A stretch of 64,000 nt of DNA, taken from the NCBI GenBank assembly GCA_016278615.1, contig JADQBM010000054.1, positions 23,104 to 87,103 on the forward strand, written 5' to 3'. Position numbers and translations under genes: made by a program. The stretch comes from Clostridia bacterium. Its GTDB lineage: Bacteria > Bacillota > Clostridia > Peptostreptococcales > JAAYPU01. The notes beneath the pieces were generated by a model. The model was not told the DNA's origin. It was given only the letters and a program-made list of their open reading frames with translations, and searched no databases. This document shows, one piece after another, positions 1-8,987 of the stretch (positions are counted from its first letter, which is position 1; the number at the start of each line of letters is the position of its first letter).

Positions 1-2742
1 TTTCAAAATGCTATAGTTATTTATGAGGCTCCTTCTAGGGATGTAAACATAGTGGAACTTATGGAGCCAATACAATTAGATATACATAGTGAATTTCCTA
101 AAATAGTTCAAAATTCATTTAGAAAGAGAGAATTCAAGTATTGCGCATATGGGTATCCAGCATCAAAGCCCGAAGGACATTCTCAACAAGGTATAATACT
201 TGATGAATATATTGATATTAATGGCGATAGAATAATTGATGTATCGCTTGGAGAAGGAAGACTGACTGATTATAGAGGGTATTCTGGCTCGCCAGTTATT
301 TGTAATGGTCAACTGATAGGTCTTGCAATAGAGCAAACAGTTGGATTGAATACAGCACAGAGTATCAAAGTACTTGACTTTTCATCAGCAATAGACTATT
401 TAGAAGAAGATTGGTTATGTTTTGATGATTTCGTTGAAGAGATTATTTGTACTTTTCAGAGAGAATCCATTGATGAAATAGCAAGAAATAAAGCAAATGG
501 CAAATATGTTCCAGAAATATTTATTGAATTAGGTACAATGAAAGAATACTTAAGAGGGCTTAGTGATCCAGTTCTTTTTTTTGAGAAACATCTAGATTAT
601 ATTAGACGTCATAATTTTGAACAGTATAATTTACTTCTAGAAAGATATGGACTTACAAAGATTCAATTTATTGAAGGAGAGAATGAAGTATCACTTGATA
701 ATGTAAAAAACATTTCGGAGGAGATGATTATAAAATTAAAGGATATGCTAACCTACGTTACTAAATTGACCAGATCTTCTGATATAAGAGAGAATGTACC
801 AGATGAATATCTTGAATTATTTGATTTGACCTTTCATCAGCACAGACTTATGGGTCTTGAATGGGAGTTGAGGGATAGAATAAGTTTTTTTGAATCATTA
901 AAGGCCAATCAAATTCTTCTTACGGAAAAGGCAGGACAAGGTAAGACTAATTTACTCTGTGATTTTACTGAAAACGTACTTTTACGAAAGGGAATACCTT
1001 GCTTTTTCATTGGGATGAGAAACTTAATTGATGATGATATTTCAAAGACTATGATTAACTATTATAAATATGATTTATCAATTGAAGAATTATTTAAAGT
1101 ATTAGATTTCTATTCGCAGAATGTGCAGAAACCCTTTGTTATAGTATTAGATGCAATCAACGAACAAAAGGATGTAATCAACTCAAAAAATAAACTTTAT
1201 TCATTTTTAAATCAAGCAAGTTCTTTTAACAATGTAAAAGTAATCATGACAGCAAGAACAGAGTACTTTGACGAAAAATTCGGAGACATAAGTGATAAAT
1301 GCCCTCAAGTTGAACAGTTTACATCATATAATTGGAAGTCTCAACATTCAAAATTATGTGAAAGGGTATTTCATGGGTACATGGAACATTTTAACATTGA
1401 AATTCATGATATTGATGATTTGATTTATGAGCAATTGTCAAAGGATTTCTTGTTATTAAGAATGTTTTCGGAAGCATATCATGGCTTGAAAGAGTCTCCA
1501 ACAATAATTCCAGCTTTACTTCATTTATTTAGATATGAAATATTTGAGAAATATTACAATTATAAAAGAAAGAGCCTAAAAGAATGGGATAGGCACCACG
1601 GAGTTTATGATGGAGGTTCAACATATGACAGTTTGATAAATATAGTCACAGATTATATGATTCAAAATATTCGATTTAGCAATATTGAACGCTCGTTGAT
1701 TGTTGAGAAGGTTCAGAATAATCTATTAGTAAAGTTAATAGATGAAGATATCATATTTCGAGATGATATCAAGAAAACTAAAGGATTAATTGAAAAGAGT
1801 GTTGAGGTTATAAATTTTACATTTGATGAATTCCGTGACTTTTGTCTTGCAAAGAAAATAATAGAGAATTTTGATGATAGCAATCATGATGAATCAATTG
1901 AGGTAATAAATAATCTCACTCAAGATAACTTAGAGATTTCAGAAGGTGTTCAAAAGTACCTATTCTTTGCAAGTAAAAAACATCAAAATGACACATTTAC
2001 AAATATAATTATAAAACAAAAATGGTTTAATCATATATACTTTAACAATATTTTTTCTGTAAGTGAAGAATTTATTTTAGAGAGAGATGTGACATTTATT
2101 AAAAGGCTATTAACTAATATGAATTTCTATGAAAAGCATCTTGGTATAGTTATTATGATATACTCAAGTCTTATCAGAAGATATAATACACATGTCTATT
2201 CAAAATTAAACATTAGGTTATTAATTACGATCTTCGAGAACATTGATGATTCAGATTTTAGAATGTATGTACATGATATTTTTAGTTCAAGTTATGAGGA
2301 TAGATTCTCATATTATGGAAGAAAAGCAGAAAGAATTCCTATAGATATGTTAGTGAAAAAATTGAAATATTATATGAGGAAGTCTTTTAACGAAGATATA
2401 GTGATTTTTCTTTCTTATCTTCATTACAGAGGTATATATATACATGATTTTTTTGATTGGTGTATTGAGAAGTTCTCAAATCAATGCATTGAAATGTTTG
2501 AAAATTTAATTGATGTGAATGAAGAAATAGTTAATGAAGTTATCGGTCATACAGTTCAAGACCTCTCTTGTTACGAATTAGAACTTGATCATGAATTAAT
2601 TGACAGATGGGAGAACATCAAGAAGCGATGCGAAAGAAAAATGAATGTTGATAGTAGTGATTTAAGTATGTATACTGATCAGGAACTGGATGAAATGTTA
2701 AAAAAACTGGAAAGCGAATTAGGCATATGGGAGGAAGATTAA
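1..2742 (+). CDS. Trypsin-like serine protease domain fused to a STAND (NACHT-like) P-loop NTPase with a long helical C-terminal region; 5'-partial in this window
   Basis: Frame 1 has no stop between base 1 and the first ATG at 52, so the ORF probably starts left of the window. GYSGSPVICNGQLIGL matches the chymotrypsin-fold GxSGxP serine motif. AGQGKTN is a Walker A, FVIVLDAINE a Walker B, and VKVIMTART a NACHT-like segment. About 450 aa of helical C-terminus follows. Confidence 0.7.
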   Translation, partial: FQNAIVIYEAPSRDVNIVELMEPIQLDIHSEFPKIVQNSFRKREFKYCAYGYPASKPEGHSQQGIILDEYIDINGDRIIDVSLGEGRLTDYRGYSGSPVICNGQLIGLAIEQTVGLNTAQSIKVLDFSSAIDYLEEDWLCFDDFVEEIICTFQRESIDEIARNKANGKYVPEIFIELGTMKEYLRGLSDPVLFFEKHLDYIRRHNFEQYNLLLERYGLTKIQFIEGENEVSLDNVKNISEEMIIKLKDMLTYVTKLTRSSDIRENVPDEYLELFDLTFHQHRLMGLEWELRDRISFFESLKANQILLTEKAGQGKTNLLCDFTENVLLRKGIPCFFIGMRNLIDDDISKTMINYYKYDLSIEELFKVLDFYSQNVQKPFVIVLDAINEQKDVINSKNKLYSFLNQASSFNNVKVIMTARTEYFDEKFGDISDKCPQVEQFTSYNWKSQHSKLCERVFHGYMEHFNIEIHDIDDLIYEQLSKDFLLLRMFSEAYHGLKESPTIIPALLHLFRYEIFEKYYNYKRKSLKEWDRHHGVYDGGSTYDSLINIVTDYMIQNIRFSNIERSLIVEKVQNNLLVKLIDEDIIFRDDIKKTKGLIEKSVEVINFTFDEFRDFCLAKKIIENFDDSNHDESIEVINNLTQDNLEISEGVQKYLFFASKKHQNDTFTNIIIKQKWFNHIYFNNIFSVSEEFILERDVTFIKRLLTNMNFYEKHLGIVIMIYSSLIRRYNTHVYSKLNIRLLITIFENIDDSDFRMYVHDIFSSSYEDRFSYYGRKAERIPIDMLVKKLKYYMRKSFNEDIVIFLSYLHYRGIYIHDFFDWCIEKFSNQCIEMFENLIDVNEEIVNEVIGHTVQDLSCYELELDHELIDRWENIKKRCERKMNVDSSDLSMYTDQELDEMLKKLESELGIWEED

Positions 2743-3167
2743 TGATAATATATCCTATTGATTTGAATGACTTCAGCAGAAAGTATATAGTAATAAAGAG
2801 TCCTGATATGAGTCTCGAGTACATTATAAAGCAGTTTTTAAAACTTTCAGGAATGGATCCAGCTAAGTATGCAGGAAAACTTTTTTCAAGTATATTAACC
2901 AATTTTTTTTATGAAATCGAAGATTTGGAGCATCTTTATGAAAAATTTTATTTGTTAGAGTACGATTCTTTTGAAGATTATTTGTATAAAAAAATGCTAA
3001 TTGATAAGGAAGAAATAGATTTTTTGATCCCTAATCAAAAAGAGGGTGAAAAGTTGTATTTTGCTGATTTAGGGCATACCGTATCTAATAACTATGAGAA
3101 TTTATTCGAATATGAAGAAGAAAATCTCCTGTTAAAAATTAATGATGTTTTGGAGGTGATTAAGTGA
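2742..3167 (+). CDS. Hypothetical acidic protein (141 aa)
   Basis: ATG 2742 overlaps the upstream stop (TAATG, 2740-2744) and follows SD GGGAGGAAG (2729-2737). The track start at 2727 has no SD. Asp/Glu/Tyr-rich, with no motif I can name. Confidence 0.55.
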   Translation: MIIYPIDLNDFSRKYIVIKSPDMSLEYIIKQFLKLSGMDPAKYAGKLFSSILTNFFYEIEDLEHLYEKFYLLEYDSFEDYLYKKMLIDKEEIDFLIPNQKEGEKLYFADLGHTVSNNYENLFEYEEENLLLKINDVLEVIK

Positions 3168-3562
3168 AAATAAAAGCAGATTATATTACTAATAGTTCAT
3201 CGACTTCTTTCGTAATAATTACCGATGATGAACTTGGAAGAGATAAATTTTATAAATGGTTTGGAATAGACCTCGAATCGGATTTTACATACATATTTAA
3301 AGAGTTGTTTGATGCTGTCAAATATAACTCTAAACCTATCGAAGATGAAATTGAAAAGGGACAATCTTTAGATGATTTTCTTTCAATGTACCACTTAACG
3401 AGTGAAGTTGAAAGAGTGAAAAAAGCACTTGTATTAGGAAAGAAAGTCAGAGTAGGTAAATTGAAAAGTGATGAGGGTTACATACAAACATTTTTTTGCT
3501 TAGATTCATTTTGCATAGATAATGAGTTAGTGTATTTCAATGCATTAAGTAATGGGTGGTAA
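3164..3562 (+). CDS. Hypothetical protein (132 aa)
   Basis: The GTG start overlaps the upstream TGA (GTGA, 3164-3167). SD GGAGGTGA lies just upstream. No recognisable motif. Confidence 0.55.
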   Translation: MKIKADYITNSSSTSFVIITDDELGRDKFYKWFGIDLESDFTYIFKELFDAVKYNSKPIEDEIEKGQSLDDFLSMYHLTSEVERVKKALVLGKKVRVGKLKSDEGYIQTFFCLDSFCIDNELVYFNALSNGW

Positions 3563-4638
3563 GTATGGATGATATAGTTTTGATAGATAAGAAAAAAAGC
3601 TACTACTATTACTATTTCAACAAAAGCAAGGGCTTAAGTATAAGAAGCGAATACAAAGGTTTCGAAGACCCATTTTGGTCAATTGAGGGACCAGAACTTC
3701 TCGATGTTGCTATTACAAACTTTTGCGAAAGAGAATGCAGCTTTTGTTATAGAGATTCATCTATTGAAGGAAAACACATGAATTTGAATGACTTTGAGAC
3801 TGTTCTGAAAAATATGATAGAGTCAAATTGCTATCAGATTGCGTTGGGCGGAGGTAATCCGAATCAGCACCCTAATTTTGTTGAGATACTTAAAATGTGT
3901 AGAGAAAAATATAGAATAGTCCCCTCGTACACTACTAATGGAGATGGATTGACTAAAGAAATACTGGCAGCTAGCAAGCAGTATTGTGGAGCAGTAGCAA
4001 TTAGTTATTATAAGCCGTTTGAGAAGTTTATAGCTGCTTTAGAAAATATATTATCCTATAGCATAAAAACCAATATTCATTTTTTACTTACACCTGAAAC
4101 AATTAAAACAGCAATAGATTGGTTAAGGAATCCTCCTAAATATCTAAATGGTATTAATGCTATAGTCTTCTTAAATTATAAACCTGTAGGAGTTAATATA
4201 AGCAATAGCCTATTGCTCAAAAATAGCGATCTTATTAAAGAATTCTTCAATCTAATTAGCAAACATGATATTAGTCGATTCAAAATTGGTTTTGATAGTT
4301 GTACAGTTTCTGGAATAGTTGAAAATCTAAATTTTAATCCTAATTTTATTGAATCCTGTGAGGCAGGACGGTTTTCAGCATTTATTTCTGAAGACATGAT
4401 ATTATATCCTTGTTCCTTCATGGAGAGAAGCTCTGAAGGAACAGATTTAACTAACATATCTTTAAAAGAATCGTGGTTAAAATCAACAGACTTTCAATTT
4501 ATAAGGGATAAGATCAATTTAAATGCATGTAAAAATAACTGTAAATATGAAAGACACTGTAAAGGAGGATGCCCGATATTTAGTGAGATTAACATATGTA
4601 ATAATTTTTTATTTCAATCAGATAAAAGTCCAATATAA
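3556..4638 (+). CDS. Radical SAM enzyme with C-terminal SPASM/twitch-like Cys cluster
   Basis: NFCERECSFCY is the CxxxCxxC radical SAM cluster motif. ALGGGNP is a GGE-like SAM-binding motif and SYTTNG is typical of the SPASM subgroup. The C-terminal CKNNCKYERHCKGGCP forms a Cys cluster. The likely true start is ATG 3565 (SD GGGTGG 3554-3559), 3 nt after the upstream stop at 3560-3562. Confidence 0.8.
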   Translation: MVSMDDIVLIDKKKSYYYYYFNKSKGLSIRSEYKGFEDPFWSIEGPELLDVAITNFCERECSFCYRDSSIEGKHMNLNDFETVLKNMIESNCYQIALGGGNPNQHPNFVEILKMCREKYRIVPSYTTNGDGLTKEILAASKQYCGAVAISYYKPFEKFIAALENILSYSIKTNIHFLLTPETIKTAIDWLRNPPKYLNGINAIVFLNYKPVGVNISNSLLLKNSDLIKEFFNLISKHDISRFKIGFDSCTVSGIVENLNFNPNFIESCEAGRFSAFISEDMILYPCSFMERSSEGTDLTNISLKESWLKSTDFQFIRDKINLNACKNNCKYERHCKGGCPIFSEINICNNFLFQSDKSPI

Positions 4639-4770
4639 AGATTGATAATATTAATCTATAATATTTATTATCTATTGCTACTTACTTTTCTTAAGTATAC
4701 TATGAGTAATTTTAGGCATAATATAACAAAAAAATAAGATATATCAGCAATAGAGGGAGATGTAAGTAGC

Positions 4771-6063
4771 ATTAGCACAAACCTATATAGCCTAAAACCC
4801 TTAGGTATAAATACAGAATTTATAGAAAGCCAAACTAGTTATATATCGAGATTAGCGGAAGCGCACTTAGTCAGTGTAGGTATTCTTATAGCCAAAGAAG
4901 TTGCACCTATACTAGGAAAAGTTTATTTAAATAAGGATAGTCGTTTTTACGACTTTGCTATACAGTTAAATGCACTTGGGAATCAAGCAAGAGATTTTTC
5001 GTATGCTTTATCCATGCTAACTGGAGTATATAGTATTAATGAGCTTACGCTTGCATCTTGGAGCAATGTACTTCCTTCCAGAGAATTATTTAGCCAAAGT
5101 AAAAAATGGTGTCCTAAGTGTTTTGAGGATTGGAAAAAAAATAATCAAATAATTTATGAACCAATAATATGGAATTTTAAAGAAGTAAATATATGCAAAA
5201 TTCATGGTGTCAGATTGAAAACGGAGTGCCCCTATTGTTCTAAGCCGATACCTGTATTAACTAGAACATCAAGAAATGGCTTTTGCCCTTATTGTAGAAG
5301 TTGGTTAGGTTCAAATGATATAACCGATGAAATTGTTGATTCTAAACATAATTCTTGGAAGTATTTTGTAGTAAATAATATTGGAACCTTATTAAAAGCT
5401 AAAAGTGAAGAAAAAACTAATTGGTCACAAGACAATATTGTATCATTTTTAGAATCATTGATAGAAAAGACAGTCTGTGCCTTTTCACGTTGTTTTGATA
5501 TTCCTAAATCAACAGTAAGTTCATGGTTCGGAGACAATCATAAGCCAATTTTGCAGACTTTATTGAAAATATGTTATCGATTAGATATAAACATTATTGA
5601 AGTATTAAGCTCAAATGAATTACATGTTTCGTTGATATCTGAGAAAGATTATAATGATATCTCGAGAGAAAATAAAAATACTAATAATAGTAAAGTAAGA
5701 AGAAAAATAGATTGGGATAATGTAGAAGAAAAACTAATTGGAATAATAAATAATAAAGATTTTAACACTTCTTCAGTTCGTGAAGTAGCTAGAAACCTAA
5801 ATTGTAATGCGAGATTACTATATAGTCATTTTCCAGATTTGTGTAAAAAAATATCAGAAGATCACGATATTTTTATTAGGTATCAGAAGATACGAAAGGA
5901 TAAAGAAAAAAGACAGAAAGTCTTAGAAGTTACATTTGATTTATATAATCAAGGGGTATATCCTACTAGACGAAAAGTAGAAGCAATATTGGATTCGAAT
6001 ATTTCGCTACGAAGAAAAGATAATTATTCTATATGGAAAGATGCTGTAAAGAGTTTTCAATAA
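4771..6063 (+). CDS. tniQ: TniQ/TnsD-like transposition target-selection protein, paralog 1 (start codon uncertain)
   Basis: Zinc-ribbon pairs WCPKCFEDW, CPYCSKPI and FCPYCRSWLG, plus HTH-like PKSTVSSWFGDNHKPIL. It is collinear with the ORF at 10214-11512 over its whole length. The frame is open from 4738 and encodes the conserved N-terminus (LYSLKPLGINTEFIESQTSYISRLAEAHLVSVGILI). There is no ATG/GTG/TTG before 5014. ATT 4771 follows SD GAGGGAG (4753-4759). Confidence 0.6.
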   Translation: MSTNLYSLKPLGINTEFIESQTSYISRLAEAHLVSVGILIAKEVAPILGKVYLNKDSRFYDFAIQLNALGNQARDFSYALSMLTGVYSINELTLASWSNVLPSRELFSQSKKWCPKCFEDWKKNNQIIYEPIIWNFKEVNICKIHGVRLKTECPYCSKPIPVLTRTSRNGFCPYCRSWLGSNDITDEIVDSKHNSWKYFVVNNIGTLLKAKSEEKTNWSQDNIVSFLESLIEKTVCAFSRCFDIPKSTVSSWFGDNHKPILQTLLKICYRLDINIIEVLSSNELHVSLISEKDYNDISRENKNTNNSKVRRKIDWDNVEEKLIGIINNKDFNTSSVREVARNLNCNARLLYSHFPDLCKKISEDHDIFIRYQKIRKDKEKRQKVLEVTFDLYNQGVYPTRRKVEAILDSNISLRRKDNYSIWKDAVKSFQ

Positions 6064-6183
6064 TAAGTGGAAGAATTTGACTTAACGCTTAATATAATGT
6101 AGAATATTGTAAAATAATCATTTGGTGATATATATGAAAAAATTTAAGTGTATAAAAAATTTAAAATTTATAGGTTTTTAAAG

Positions 6184-6220
6184 ACCGACTAACTAGCTTA
6201 GTCGGTTTTATTTTTTTTTG
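6184..6220 (+). terminator. Rho-independent terminator after tniQ paralog 1
   Basis: ACCGACTAA / TTAGTCGGT perfect 9-bp stem with loop CTAGC, followed by a T-run. Confidence 0.7.
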
Positions 6221-6272
6221 TAAAAAATAAATTAAAAAAATTTTAAAAATTAAAATAAAAAGGAGAATTTAT

Positions 6273-8948
6273 ATGTTTACTTCATATGAATATGAACAAT
6301 GGTGTAAGAAACTTTTTTTGACGGATAGTGCAATTGAAATAATAAATAGAGTCAGAGAAAGTGAGCCTTCGCGTCGTGTGGGAGGTGGGAGAAAAAATGT
6401 GGTTGGTGCTTATCCAAGTAAAAAAATGGGTGTCTCTATTCAGTTTGAAAGCCATCAGGTAGAACTACCAGGTTTATATCTTAAAGAATACGATGATTCT
6501 GTTATAGAAATGTACGATCAACCTCCATCTATAAAGATAAGATACAAATCTCTTACTGAGAAAGTTGTAACACCATTTTATACTCCAGATTATTTTGTGA
6601 TTTATGACGATAGGGCTGGCTGGGAGGAATGGAAGACCGAGGAAGAACTAGGCGAGCTAGCTCGAAAATCGCCAAATCGGTATGTAAAGGTTCATGGAAA
6701 GTGGCGATGCCCTCCTGCTGAAGAGTATGCAAAACAATTTGGATTACATTATTGGTTGAAATCGTCATCTGAAATAAACTGGATATTTCACAGAAATATA
6801 ATTTTTCTTGAGGACTATCTATTAGATACGCAAACTATTATTGATTCTGAAATTATCAATACTGTATTCTCTTATATTCGTAATAACCCAGGAGTGTTTT
6901 TAATAGAAGTATTAGAAAACTTTAAAGAAGAAGTTGACAATATTTATTATATGATTGCAAGAAAGTTGATTTACGTTAATTTGGAGCAAGAACTGCTCAC
7001 TGAGCAAGAGTATACTCGTGTATTTGTAAACAAAGAAAGTTCTTTATCCTTCAAAACATTGAACACTACTAGAAAAGTCCCTACCTATACCAACTATTCA
7101 TTGAATATTGAACCTGGTAATAAAATCCTATGGGATGGCAATACGTGGGTGATAATGAACTTGGGAGAAAAGAATATTTCACTCATATCAGATGATGAAA
7201 ATGTTTTAGCAATTCCCAAAGAACAGTTTTACAGTTTGATTTCCGAACAGCATATTAAGAGTGATGAGAGCGAGGTAATAAAAGAGAGAAATTCAATAAT
7301 AAATTCAAAATTGATAAATGCTAACAAACAAGCGCTGGAAGAAGCTAATCGTCGATATCAAATAATATTGCCTATTATTGAAGGTAAAAAAACGAAAGAG
7401 CTTGGGGATGTTGGTGTGACTGAACGAACTGTGAGGAATTGGATAAAGAGTTACAAACAAGCTGAAACAGATTACGGGGCAGGATTTATTGGATTGATTC
7501 CTAAATTTAAAGATCAAGGAAATAGAGTCCCCCATCTTCCAACAGAAACGTTAGAAACAGTTGATATCTTTTTAGGTGAAAATGAAGATGTGACTAATCA
7601 AAGCATTAACGTATTGTATGGGAAGCTATGTAAGCTGTGCGAGGAAAAAGGAATTATTAGTCCTAGCATGAAAAGTTTTAGAAAAAAAATAAAATCAAGA
7701 CCGAAAGATAATAAAATTCTAAAGACTATGGGAAGCAGAGCAGCTTACCAACATGAAGAATTTATATGGTCATTGGATATAACAACCCCTAGGCACGGAG
7801 AGCGACCTTTTGAAATTGCGCATATAGATCATACGGAACTTGATTTGCAACTTGTACATTCAAGAACAAAAAAATCTATGGGTAGACCTTGGCTTACTTT
7901 AATGGTAGATGCATTTTCAAGAAGAGTACTAGCCTTTTATATCACTTTTGATAATCCATCCTACAGAAGCAATATGATGGTTATTCGAGAATGTGTAAGA
8001 AGATTTAATAGGCTTCCGCAAACAATTGTATCTGATGGTGGACGCGATTTTAAAAGCACTTATTATGATACATTACTAGCATACTACGGAGTGACTAAGA
8101 AGCTACGTCCTCCTCATAAAGCACGATTTGGTTCAGTGGTAGAGAGAGTGTTTGGTACAACTATGTCCCAAATAATTAATAACCTAAAAGGAAACACAAA
8201 AATAATGAAAAATAATACTAGGCAAGTTACTAAATCAGTCAATCCTATAAATCATGCTGTATGGACATTGCCTAGCATATATGAACTTTTAAAAGAGTAT
8301 TTCTATGATTTTTATGATACTACCGAACATACAACGCTTGGAGAATCACCAAGAGAAGCTTTTGAGGGAATTCAATCTATATCTGGGAAAAGGCCATTCA
8401 GATATATTCCTTATAATGAAGAGTTTATAATTATGACACTTCCTGCTGCTAAGAAAAATAATGGTACTGCTAAGGTTGACTCCCAGCGAGGAGTGAAAGT
8501 AAATTATTTTTACTATAATAATGAACAATTTCGGAAGCCAAGCTTAGATAAAGCTCGAGTTCAAGTTCGTTATGACCCTTGGAATGTAGGAGTGGTTTAT
8601 TGCTATATTAATGGAAAGTGGACAAAAGCTTATTCTGATTTTTATGCAATTTTTAAAAACAGAACAGAAAAAGAGATTATAATTGCTTCTGACGAACTAC
8701 GAAGCCAAAAAAAGATGCATGGAAAAAAATATGTGGTTACGGCAAGAAGGTTAGCAGATTTTTTAATAACTGCTGAATATAAAGAAGAAGAACTAATAAA
8801 GCAACGTCAACGAGATGAAGAGATGGCACCTCAATTACGAGTAATTAGTGGGTTTCAAGAAGAGGAGTTAGAAAAAGAAGATGAACTGGATGAAGTGAAT
8901 AAAGAATTTGATAAATTACTTAATTTTAATTTGGATGAAGAAGACTAA
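6273..8948 (+). CDS. tnsAB: Tn7-like transposase: TnsA-like endonuclease domain fused to TnsB-like DDE transposase
   Basis: The N-terminal ~190 aa carries a TnsA-type pattern: FESHQVE (E), YTPDYFV (D), WEEWKT (E-x-K). DDE core: AHIDHTELD (D), IVSDGGRDFKS (D), SVVERVFGT (E). SD AAAAGGAGA precedes the ATG. Confidence 0.8.
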   Translation: MFTSYEYEQWCKKLFLTDSAIEIINRVRESEPSRRVGGGRKNVVGAYPSKKMGVSIQFESHQVELPGLYLKEYDDSVIEMYDQPPSIKIRYKSLTEKVVTPFYTPDYFVIYDDRAGWEEWKTEEELGELARKSPNRYVKVHGKWRCPPAEEYAKQFGLHYWLKSSSEINWIFHRNIIFLEDYLLDTQTIIDSEIINTVFSYIRNNPGVFLIEVLENFKEEVDNIYYMIARKLIYVNLEQELLTEQEYTRVFVNKESSLSFKTLNTTRKVPTYTNYSLNIEPGNKILWDGNTWVIMNLGEKNISLISDDENVLAIPKEQFYSLISEQHIKSDESEVIKERNSIINSKLINANKQALEEANRRYQIILPIIEGKKTKELGDVGVTERTVRNWIKSYKQAETDYGAGFIGLIPKFKDQGNRVPHLPTETLETVDIFLGENEDVTNQSINVLYGKLCKLCEEKGIISPSMKSFRKKIKSRPKDNKILKTMGSRAAYQHEEFIWSLDITTPRHGERPFEIAHIDHTELDLQLVHSRTKKSMGRPWLTLMVDAFSRRVLAFYITFDNPSYRSNMMVIRECVRRFNRLPQTIVSDGGRDFKSTYYDTLLAYYGVTKKLRPPHKARFGSVVERVFGTTMSQIINNLKGNTKIMKNNTRQVTKSVNPINHAVWTLPSIYELLKEYFYDFYDTTEHTTLGESPREAFEGIQSISGKRPFRYIPYNEEFIIMTLPAAKKNNGTAKVDSQRGVKVNYFYYNNEQFRKPSLDKARVQVRYDPWNVGVVYCYINGKWTKAYSDFYAIFKNRTEKEIIIASDELRSQKKMHGKKYVVTARRLADFLITAEYKEEELIKQRQRDEEMAPQLRVISGFQEEELEKEDELDEVNKEFDKLLNFNLDEED

Positions 8949-8987
8949 GTAATAGTTGTGCATTTTTCCGTATGAGAGGTTAAAAAA

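Noticed and set aside
4639-4770. Search for the other Tn7-like end (inverted copies of the 16068-16192 repeats) here, at 6064-6272 and at 11513-11768
   Set aside because: I found only short AT-rich partial matches (for example GGATTTATAATTTTGTT at 11571, which belongs to a terminator hairpin). No convincing TGT... terminus is present, so the left end is left unresolved.
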